DNA of 42,716 nucleotides from positions 1 to 42,716 of the forward strand of contig JASFQN010000002.1 of NCBI GenBank assembly GCA_050115425.1, given 5' to 3'. Position numbers and translations under genes: made by a program. The notes beneath the pieces are model-generated. The model was given only the letters and a program-made list of their open reading frames with translations. It searched no databases and was not told the DNA's origin. The stretch is from Gammaproteobacteria bacterium. Lineage in GTDB: Bacteria > Pseudomonadota > Gammaproteobacteria > Natronospirales > JASFQN01. How positions within the stretch are numbered: position 1 is the first letter of the stretch; each line of letters begins with the position of its first letter. Shown here in pieces: positions 1-7,192 of this stretch.

Positions 1-48
1 GTTGGCCAGGGTCAGGATGATGATGAACCAGCTCCAGAAGCTACTCAT
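1..48 (-). CDS. ccoP: cbb3-type cytochrome c oxidase subunit III (CcoP); N-terminal 16 codons only, runs off the window
   Basis: The reverse complement of 1..48 reads ATGAGTAGCTTCTGGAGCTGGTTC... = MSSFWSWFIIILTLAN, a typical CcoP N-terminal membrane anchor. Its ATG overlaps the ccoQ stop (ATGAGTAG). It sits in the expected position after ccoN-ccoO-ccoQ. Absent from the ORF track. Confidence 0.6.
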   Translation of the reverse strand, partial: MSSFWSWFIIILTLAN

Positions 49-214
49 GCCGGTTGTCCTCTTCGTTGGCGGAGGGCTTGTCGTCATCGAGGGGCAGGCG
101 CGAGGCTTCGTCGAAGTCCTTCTTGCGCTTGCTGCTCCAGGCCCAGATCACCATGCCGATGAATGCGATCATCAGCACAACGGTGAGCAGACCTCTCACT
201 GTGTTGATATCCAT
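41..214 (-). CDS. ccoQ: cbb3-type cytochrome c oxidase subunit IV (CcoQ), 57 aa
   Basis: Manual translation of the minus strand gives MDINTVRGLLTVVLMIAFIGMVIWAWSSKRKKDFDEASRLPLDDDKPSANEEDNRHE. This has one TM helix and a charged tail. It starts 2 nt after the ccoO stop and lies between ccoO and ccoP. It is below the ORF-track length cut-off. Confidence 0.65.
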   Translation of the reverse strand: MDINTVRGLLTVVLMIAFIGMVIWAWSSKRKKDFDEASRLPLDDDKPSANEEDNRHE

Positions 215-216
215 GC

Positions 217-825
217 TTATCGTTTCCCGCTGCGATCCGTGCCCAGCCCTTGCAGGTAGGCAATCAGTGCATCCAGTTCGCTCTTGCCACCAACTGCATC
301 GGGGACCCTGGCGATCTGCTCAGCCGTGTAAGGTGTACCCAGTTCCCGCAACACCCGCATCTTCTTCTGAACCAGCGCAGGGTTGACCATCCGCGTCGCC
401 AGCCAGGGGAAGGCGGGCATGTTGGACTCGGGCACCACGTTGCGCGGGTTCATCAGGTGCACGCGGTGCCATTCGTCGCTGTAGCGGCCGCCAACGCGCG
501 CCAGGTCCGGCCCGGTCCGTTTGGAACCCCACTGGAAGGGGCGGTCGTATACGAATTCCCCGGCCGTGGAGTAGGCGCCGTAGCGCTCGGTCTCGGCGCG
601 GAATGGACGAATCATCTGGGAGTGGCAGACATAACACCCCTCGCTGACATAGACATCCCGGCCGGCCAGTCGCAATGCGCTATAGGGCTTGATTCCCGGC
701 GCCGGCGTGGTGGTCTGACTGGAAAACATCAGCGGCACGATTTCCACCAGGCCGCCGATGGAAATCACCACGATGATGAGAATCGCCATCAGGCTGACGT
801 TCTTTTCAACGACTTCATGTTTCAT
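217..825 (-). CDS. ccoO: cbb3-type cytochrome c oxidase subunit II (CcoO), monohaem cytochrome c
   Basis: 202-aa ORF with an N-terminal TM anchor, the haem motif CYVCH, and conserved CcoO blocks ([27 protein letters not shown]). Confidence 0.95.
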   Translation of the reverse strand: MKHEVVEKNVSLMAILIIVVISIGGLVEIVPLMFSSQTTTPAPGIKPYSALRLAGRDVYVSEGCYVCHSQMIRPFRAETERYGAYSTAGEFVYDRPFQWGSKRTGPDLARVGGRYSDEWHRVHLMNPRNVVPESNMPAFPWLATRMVNPALVQKKMRVLRELGTPYTAEQIARVPDAVGGKSELDALIAYLQGLGTDRSGKR

Positions 826-839
826 TTAGCGGTTTCTCC

Positions 840-2258
840 TCAGACGGCCTGCGGGGCGGCGGCCCTGGCGGGGGCCGGTTCGCCGCGAATGGTCTTTAAC
901 ACGTTCCAGGACATGATCAGCATGCCGCCGAGGAACAGTACGCCGCCGAGCAGGCGGACGGCGTAGTAGGGGTAGGTGGCCTGCAGCGCTTCCACGAAGC
1001 TGTAGGTGAGCGTGCCGTCATCATTGGTCGCGCGCCACATCAGGCCCTGCATGACTCCGGCGATCCACATCGAGGCGATATACAGCACGACGCCGATGGT
1101 GGCGATCCAGAAATGCACGTCGATGGCCTTGACGCTATGCATGCGCTCGCGGCCGAAGAGCTTGGGAACAAGGTGGTACATGCAGCCAATGGTGATGAAC
1201 GCCACCCAGCCGAGTGCGCCGGAGTGCACGTGGCCGATGGTCCAGTCCGTATAGTGCGACAGGGCGTTGACGGTCTTGATGGACATCATCGGACCTTCGA
1301 ACGTGGACATTCCGTAGAAGGAGAGTGACACGATCATGAACTTCAGGATCGGATCGGTGCGCAGTTTGTGCCAGGCGCCGGAGAGCGTCATCATCCCGTT
1401 GATCATGCCGCCCCAGCTCGGCGCCAGCAGCATCAGCGAGAACACCATTCCGATGGACTGGGCCCAGTCCGGCAGGGCCGTGTAGTGAAGATGATGCGGG
1501 CCGGCCCACATGTAGATCGAGATGAGTGCCCAGAAGTGGACCACGCTCAGGCGATACGAATAGATCGGGCGTTCGGCCTGTTTGGGCACGAAGTAGTACA
1601 TCATGGCAAGGAAGCCGGCGGTCAGAAAGAAGCCGACCGCGTTGTGCCCATACCACCACTGCACCATCGCGTCCACGGTACCCGAATAGGCAGAATAGGA
1701 TTTCCAGAACGTGACCGGTACGGCCGCGGCATTCACCACGTGCAGCACCGCGATGGTGATGATGAACGACGCATAGAACCAGTTCGCCACGTAGATGTGC
1801 TTGACTCGCCGCTTGACGATGGTCCCGAAGAAGACGATGGCATAGACGACCCAGACGATGGTGATCAGTACATCGATGGGCCACTCCAGTTCGGCGTACT
1901 CCTTGCTCTGGGTGATGCCCAGCGGAAGGGTGAACACCGCCGCCACGATGACCGCCTGCCAGCCCCAGAAGACGAAAGCCGCGAGATTGTCGCTGAACAG
2001 GCGCACGTGGCATGTCCGTTGTACGACATAAAGTGAAGTGCCGATCAGTGCACTGCCGCCGAATGCGAAGATCACGGCGTTGGTGTGCAAGGGTCGCAGG
2101 TGGCTGTAGGTAAGCCAGCGAATGTCGAAGTTCAGGGCCGGCCACAGCAGCTGCGCCGCTATGAGTACGCCGACGGCCATGCCGACGACGCCCCAGACGA
2201 TGGTCGCGACAGTGAATTGTCGGACCACTTTGTCGTTGTAAGTCATGGGTTCCTGCAT
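840..2258 (-). CDS. ccoN: cbb3-type cytochrome c oxidase subunit I (CcoN)
   Basis: Polytopic haem-copper oxidase subunit I sequence ([35 protein letters not shown]). I prefer the ATG at 2258 ([10 protein letters not shown], 472 aa) because it is preceded by GGAGCGGGAGC. The track's longer start at 2324 adds an Arg-rich 22 aa and would lie inside the predicted promoter. Confidence 0.93.
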   Translation of the reverse strand: MQEPMTYNDKVVRQFTVATIVWGVVGMAVGVLIAAQLLWPALNFDIRWLTYSHLRPLHTNAVIFAFGGSALIGTSLYVVQRTCHVRLFSDNLAAFVFWGWQAVIVAAVFTLPLGITQSKEYAELEWPIDVLITIVWVVYAIVFFGTIVKRRVKHIYVANWFYASFIITIAVLHVVNAAAVPVTFWKSYSAYSGTVDAMVQWWYGHNAVGFFLTAGFLAMMYYFVPKQAERPIYSYRLSVVHFWALISIYMWAGPHHLHYTALPDWAQSIGMVFSLMLLAPSWGGMINGMMTLSGAWHKLRTDPILKFMIVSLSFYGMSTFEGPMMSIKTVNALSHYTDWTIGHVHSGALGWVAFITIGCMYHLVPKLFGRERMHSVKAIDVHFWIATIGVVLYIASMWIAGVMQGLMWRATNDDGTLTYSFVEALQATYPYYAVRLLGGVLFLGGMLIMSWNVLKTIRGEPAPARAAAPQAV

Positions 2259-2348
2259 CGGGTATGCTCCCGCTCCACGTGACGAATGGTTGTCGAGGCG
2301 GGCATTCCGCCAGCGGCGCATCATGCCTGTCCCCGCGGCCGCTGTTCA

Positions 2349-2362
2349 TTGACATAGGTCAA
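2349..2362 (-). promoter_or_regulatory. FNR/Anr/FixK-type box TTGAC-N4-GTCAA upstream of ccoN
   Basis: Perfect palindrome TTGACATAGGTCAA (fits TTGA-N6-TCAA). On the minus strand, 23 nt downstream, lies CATGAT, a -10-like hexamer at class II spacing. cbb3 oxidase operons are classically FNR/Anr/FixK activated. Confidence 0.55.
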
Positions 2363-2464
2363 GGGACGACCCTTGACGCGAGATAGAGTAGATGGCAGGC
2401 GCAGCGGTGGTGAGGTCTGCGAGCGGCCTCGCCGGCCCGGAGAAACACGGGAAGTTCGGAGATA

Positions 2465-5194
2465 ATGCGAGACGTGGTCGGCAGGCACTGGCACCACCTG
2501 GAAGAACCCGAGGTTCTGGATCTGCTCGATACGCGGGCCGACCAGGGCCTGGATTTGTTCGAAGTGGGTCATCGCCGGGCCACCTATGGCACCAATGCCC
2601 TGACTGTCGAGCCGACTCACGGACCGTTCTTCCAGTTCCTGCTGCAGTTTCACCAGCCGCTCGTCTACATCCTGATTGGCGCCACCGTGATTACCACGAT
2701 CCTGGGAGAATGGCTGGACGCCTCGGTCATTTTCGGCGTAGTGCTGGTCAACGCGATCATCGGCTTTTTTCAGGAGGCGCGCGCCCTGCGCGCGATCGAC
2801 GCCCTCGCGCGCACCATGAGCAGTGAGGCGACTGTAATCCGAGGGGGAGACAAGCAGCGCATTCCGGCCGACGAACTGGTCCCCGGCGACATCGTGTTGC
2901 TTCGCTCGGGTGACAAGGTGCCCGCCGATCTCCGGCTGCTGCGGGCGCGCAATCTTCAGATTGACGAATCCGCGCTTACCGGGGAATCCGTGCCCGTGGA
3001 AAAGCGCACGGAACTCTGCCCGCATGACACGCCTCTTTCGGAACGCGTGAACATGGCCTGGTCCTCGACCCTGGTGACCTATGGTGCGGCAGTCGGCGCG
3101 GTTGTCGCGATTGGCGACGATTCCGAGATCGGGCGGATTCATCGGCTGATTGCGTCCGCCGACGTGCTGGCCACGCCACTGACGCGCAAGATCGCGCGAT
3201 TCGGGCGGATGCTGTTGATTGCGATCCTGGCGCTGGCCTTGCTGACTATCGTGGTCGGGGTGCTGCGCGGCGAGACGCTGTTCGAGATGTTCATGGCGGC
3301 GGTGGCACTGGCGGTTGCCGCCATTCCGGAAGGACTGCCAGCCGCGATGACCATCATGCTGGCGATCGGAATGGCGCGCATGGCCCGCAACCGCGCCATC
3401 ATTCGCCGCTTGCCGGCAGTCGAAACCCTGGGCAGCACCACGGTGATCTGCTCCGACAAGACCGGCACCCTTACGCGGAATGAGATGACTGTGGTCCGAG
3501 TCTGTGCGGGTCGTGCCCAATGCGCGGTGACAGGCACCGGTTACGCCCCGGAGGGGGCGTTTGTCGGGCCGGCGGGCAAGTCGTGTGAAGCCTGGCGCAA
3601 TGCGGCTCTTATGGAATGCCTGCGTTGCGGATTGTTGTGCAACGATTCGCGCATTCTGCGCACCGATGCGGGTTGGCGCATGGAGGGGGACCCTACCGAG
3701 GGAGCGCTGATCACCGCCGCCCGCAAGGCGGGCCTCGACCCGGAAGATCTGCAATGGCGCCTGCCCCGCCTGGACACTCTGCCCTTCGAGTCCGCCTTGC
3801 AGTGCATGGCCACACTGCACGAAGACGTCAACGAGCAACGGCGGTTTATCTACATGAAGGGCTCGCTGGAGAGTGTCCTCGCGCGTTGCACACAGGCGAT
3901 GGATGCCCGTGGCGGTCGCGAGGGACTGGACCGGACGATGATTCAGACTGCCGCGGAGGGCATGGCGGCCGATGGTCTCCGTGTGCTGGCATTTGCTCTG
4001 GCCGAAGCGGATGGCGGGACCCGAGACATCGACCAGACGGACCTGTCCAGGGAATTCACGTTTCTCGGCTTGCAAGGCATGCTCGACCCGCCCAGGCCCG
4101 AGGTACCGGCAGCCATCGCGGCATGCCGGGCGGCCGGCATTGAGGTCAAGGCGATCACGGGCGATCACGCCGTGACCGCACTCGCTGTCAGTCGCGCCAT
4201 AGGGCTGGTGGGTGCAGAGGACGAGGGGAACGGGCGCAGCGTGGTGACCGGCACCGATCTCTCCGTGCTGCACGACGAGCAACTCATTGCCACCGCGGAG
4301 CGGATGCGGGTCTTTGCCCGGGTCGCGCCAGAGCAGAAGCTGCGTCTTGTTGAAGCCCTCCAGGCACGCGGGCATGTGGTTGCCATGACGGGCGACGGGG
4401 TGAATGATGCACCGGCGCTGCGGCGCGCCGACATCGGCGTGGCAATGGGCGCGGCTGGCACGGATGTAGCGCGTGAAGCGGCCGACATGGTGCTCACCGA
4501 CGACAATTTTGCGACCATTCGCGCCGCGGTGGAGGAAGGTCGCGCCGTCTACGACAACCTCATCAAGTTCATTACCTGGACGCTGCCGACCAATCTGGGG
4601 GAAGGTCTGGTGATTCTGGCCGCGATTCTTGCCGGGACAGCGCTGCCCATACTCCCCGTGCAGATTCTCTGGATCAACATGACGACCGCCGTGCTTCTCG
4701 GCCTCATGCTGGCTTTCGAGCGCCATGAACCCGGCATCATGCAACGGCCGCCAAGGCGGCCAGACAGTCCGATTCTTACCGCGCCACTTGTGTACCGCAT
4801 CCTGCTCGTCGGAATACTGATGCTGGTGGGGGCCTTTGGACTGTTTGAATGGGAACTGCTGCGCGGCGCACCGGCAGCGGAAGCGAGAACTGCCACGGTC
4901 AATGTCTTTGTCTTCACCGAGATCTTTTATCTCTTCAATTGCCGCTCGCTGCGTTATTCCATGTTCCGGCTCGGGGTTTTCTCGAACCGTTGGTTGCTCG
5001 GTGGGGTAGCCGCGATGATTGTTCTGCAACTGGGTTTCACCTATCTCCCCGCAATGAACGCTGCGTTCGACAGCCGGCCGATAGGCGCGGGTCAGTGGGC
5101 GGTCATAATTGCTTTCAGTCTTGCGGTGTACCTGATCGTTGGTGCGGAAAAGTGGCTGCTGCGCCGGCTGGCCGCCCGGAACGGCGCAGACTGA
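2465..5194 (+). CDS. cation-translocating P-type ATPase, type II (Ca2+/Mg2+-ATPase-like)
   Basis: 909 aa with the diagnostic motifs TGES, PEGLPA, DKTGTLT, KGSLE, TGD and GDGVNDAPAL. There is no CPC/CPx heavy-metal motif, so it is not a CcoI/CopA-type P1B pump. GGAG lies 4 nt before the ATG. Confidence 0.9.
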   Translation: MRDVVGRHWHHLEEPEVLDLLDTRADQGLDLFEVGHRRATYGTNALTVEPTHGPFFQFLLQFHQPLVYILIGATVITTILGEWLDASVIFGVVLVNAIIGFFQEARALRAIDALARTMSSEATVIRGGDKQRIPADELVPGDIVLLRSGDKVPADLRLLRARNLQIDESALTGESVPVEKRTELCPHDTPLSERVNMAWSSTLVTYGAAVGAVVAIGDDSEIGRIHRLIASADVLATPLTRKIARFGRMLLIAILALALLTIVVGVLRGETLFEMFMAAVALAVAAIPEGLPAAMTIMLAIGMARMARNRAIIRRLPAVETLGSTTVICSDKTGTLTRNEMTVVRVCAGRAQCAVTGTGYAPEGAFVGPAGKSCEAWRNAALMECLRCGLLCNDSRILRTDAGWRMEGDPTEGALITAARKAGLDPEDLQWRLPRLDTLPFESALQCMATLHEDVNEQRRFIYMKGSLESVLARCTQAMDARGGREGLDRTMIQTAAEGMAADGLRVLAFALAEADGGTRDIDQTDLSREFTFLGLQGMLDPPRPEVPAAIAACRAAGIEVKAITGDHAVTALAVSRAIGLVGAEDEGNGRSVVTGTDLSVLHDEQLIATAERMRVFARVAPEQKLRLVEALQARGHVVAMTGDGVNDAPALRRADIGVAMGAAGTDVAREAADMVLTDDNFATIRAAVEEGRAVYDNLIKFITWTLPTNLGEGLVILAAILAGTALPILPVQILWINMTTAVLLGLMLAFERHEPGIMQRPPRRPDSPILTAPLVYRILLVGILMLVGAFGLFEWELLRGAPAAEARTATVNVFVFTEIFYLFNCRSLRYSMFRLGVFSNRWLLGGVAAMIVLQLGFTYLPAMNAAFDSRPIGAGQWAVIIAFSLAVYLIVGAEKWLLRRLAARNGAD

Positions 5195-5271
5195 GAAGTC
5201 GCTCTTCGATTCTGTGCCGGTTCTGAAGTAGTCTGGAAAACCTCAACCGGCAGCCATGGAGCGCATCGGCC

Positions 5272-5478
5272 ATGAACAGTCAGGCGGCAATGATCTGGGG
5301 CATGTTGTTCGGCGCTGTCGGCATGGGATTCTTTGTGTACGGCCGGCGTCAGCGCATGGTTGTTCCGCTCGTGTGCGGCGTCGGCCTGATGGGCTATTCG
5401 TGGTTCATGCCCTCCACATTGCTGCTTGTTGCGGTGGGTGCCGTGCTCACGATCCTGCCGTACTTCCTGCGCTGGTAG
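5272..5478 (+). CDS. small hydrophobic membrane protein (68 aa, about 2-3 TM segments), function unknown
   Basis: ORF MNSQAAMIWGMLFGAVGMGFFVYGRRQRMVVPLVCGVGLMGYSWFMPSTLLLVAVGAVLTILPYFLRW. It has GC-rich third positions, is co-oriented 77 nt downstream of the ATPase, and is followed by a hairpin. No family recognised. Confidence 0.5.
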   Translation: MNSQAAMIWGMLFGAVGMGFFVYGRRQRMVVPLVCGVGLMGYSWFMPSTLLLVAVGAVLTILPYFLRW

Positions 5479-5503
5479 TGATTCGTGGGGACCGGACGGC
5501 AAG

Positions 5504-5523
5504 GAGGCCGCATTCGCGGCCTC
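5504..5523. terminator. GC-rich hairpin between convergent genes (possible bidirectional terminator)
   Basis: GAGGCCGC-ATTC-GCGGCCTC, a perfect 8-bp stem with a 4-nt loop, lies between the 68-aa ORF (+) and the fasciclin gene (-). No clear U-tract on either strand. Confidence 0.35.
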
Positions 5524-5560
5524 ACTGTAGTTGATCCCGAACGGGGCATGGTCGTGTTCG

Positions 5561-6115
5561 TCAAAACGGTCCGGACCCGCAGGCCGTCACCTTGTTGGGC
5601 ACGATGACCTTGTCGACGACATGGATGATGCCGTTTGACGCCTTGATGTTGGCGGACGTGATGTAGGCATTGTCCAACATGACGTTGTTGCCCCCGCTTC
5701 TGATGCGCATCTTTTCCCCGTGCAGGGTCTTGGCGCTGCTCATACTGCGAACTTCCCGGGCATCCGCCCAGCCGTTCACCACATGGTGTTTCAGCACGGC
5801 GATGAGCACGTCGCGATTCTCCGGCTGGAGCAGGTATTCCACCGTGCCCGGAGGCAATTCGGCGAATGCGGCGTCTGTCGGGGCGAAGACCGTATAGGGG
5901 CCACCGTTGCTCAGCGTATACGAGAGGCCGGCGGCATCGAGGGCCGCGATCAGGGTCGTGAACTGGCCTGCCTCGCGGGCCGTGGTGATGATATCCCGCT
6001 TCTGCGAGTCGTTGTCGCCTGCCAGAGCTGGAACCGTGGCCGTCAGGGCCAGTACGGCGATAGCCAGGCTCGACACGAAGCGGCGGGGGAAGTATTTGGA
6101 ACGGATGTTTCTCAT
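5561..6115 (-). CDS. secreted fasciclin (FAS1) domain protein
   Basis: FAS1 signature blocks are present (TVFAPTDAAFAELP, KHHVV, NGIIHVVDKVIVP). I chose the start at 6115 (MRNIRSKYFPRRFVSSLAIAVLALTATVPALAG) because it gives a signal peptide and is preceded by GGAG 8 nt upstream. The track ORF extends to 6175. Confidence 0.85.
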   Translation of the reverse strand: MRNIRSKYFPRRFVSSLAIAVLALTATVPALAGDNDSQKRDIITTAREAGQFTTLIAALDAAGLSYTLSNGGPYTVFAPTDAAFAELPPGTVEYLLQPENRDVLIAVLKHHVVNGWADAREVRSMSSAKTLHGEKMRIRSGGNNVMLDNAYITSANIKASNGIIHVVDKVIVPNKVTACGSGPF

Positions 6116-6223
6116 AACCGAATCTCCATCTTCGGGGGAGGGGCCAGTTTGTGGCTTTGTTCTAATAATTGTCAATATATCGGACTGGAATAGTGAGGCA
6201 AAAGGTATACAATTAGGGCGAGA

Positions 6224-7156
6224 ATGAACAAAAAGGATCGGGACATGTATTCAATGGCGGCCGTGGTATTGGAGACAGGCCTGACGGCGCATACCGTGCG
6301 CGCCTGGGAACGGCGCTATGCTGCCGTGCAACCCCGGCGTGATGAAAGCGGGCGACGCAGCTACAGCGCGGCCGACGTGGAGCGGCTTCGTCTGCTCAAG
6401 CGGGCCACCGAACTGGGCCATCCGATTCGCAAACTGGCCGGGCTGAATTCTGACGAGTTGGGGACGCTGCTGGCTACGGTCCGTTCTGAAGAGGCAGGCG
6501 ATCCGGCGACATCAGCCTTTCGGAGATCGCTGCTGGCGGCGGTCGAACAATATGATGTGGTGGGCTGCGAGCGGCAGTTGCGTCTGGCGCTTGCCACCCT
6601 GCCGGCGGTTTCTCTGGTCCAGCAGGTGTTGGTTCCGGCATTGCGCGAAATCGGGGAGCGGTGGTTTGCCGGTGAGGTCACCGTAGCCCAGGAGCGCTTG
6701 TTCACGTCCACCGTTGTGCGCACCGTCCAGGCCATGCTCGATCGCCTTTCCGGGGGGCGGGGCGCGCCGAAGCTCGTGTTCGCGACTCTGCCAGGCGAAC
6801 GCCATACGACAGGCGCGCTGCTGGCCGGGTATTTTGCGGCCACGCGGGGTGCGACCGTCCACTTTGTGGGTAGCGAATTGCCACCGGACGCATTGGCCCG
6901 TCTGGCGCTTGCCTGGCGGTGTGACGCGGTGTGTGTGAGCGTGGTACTGGCCTCGGCGCAGACCGACGCGCGCTCGCGTTTGCGCGAGCTGGCCGGCGAA
7001 CTGGACGGCCGAATCCCCATCTGGGTGGGTGGCAGCGGCGTGGATTCGATTCGCGACGCGCAGGGCGCCGCCCCCGAAGGCTGTGCGGCGATTGCCAGCG
7101 TGCAGGAGTTGCTGGTCCGGCTCGACGCGCTGGCGGTCGGGGCACATCCGGCCTGA
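6224..7156 (+). CDS. MerR-family transcriptional regulator with a C-terminal B12-binding domain (CarH/LitR-like)
   Basis: N-terminal MerR HTH (AAVVLETGLTAHTVRAWERRY...SGRRSYSAADVERLRLLK). The C-terminal half has a cobalamin-binding pattern (GERHTTG = ExHxxG, then SVV, then GGSG), preceded by a helical-bundle segment RWFAGEVTVAQER. Alternative starts at 6245 and 6254. Confidence 0.8.
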   Translation: MNKKDRDMYSMAAVVLETGLTAHTVRAWERRYAAVQPRRDESGRRSYSAADVERLRLLKRATELGHPIRKLAGLNSDELGTLLATVRSEEAGDPATSAFRRSLLAAVEQYDVVGCERQLRLALATLPAVSLVQQVLVPALREIGERWFAGEVTVAQERLFTSTVVRTVQAMLDRLSGGRGAPKLVFATLPGERHTTGALLAGYFAATRGATVHFVGSELPPDALARLALAWRCDAVCVSVVLASAQTDARSRLRELAGELDGRIPIWVGGSGVDSIRDAQGAAPEGCAAIASVQELLVRLDALAVGAHPA

Positions 7157-7192
7157 GGTAGTTTGTTGCCAGGCTCAGCGCTGGAGGAAGAG

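Noticed and set aside
2321-5029. 902-aa ORF on the minus strand
   Set aside because: It is entirely antisense to the P-type ATPase, whose plus-strand frame carries all the diagnostic motifs. The antisense product is rich in Arg, Gly, His and Gln with no recognisable domain. Long stop-free antisense frames are expected in GC-rich DNA.
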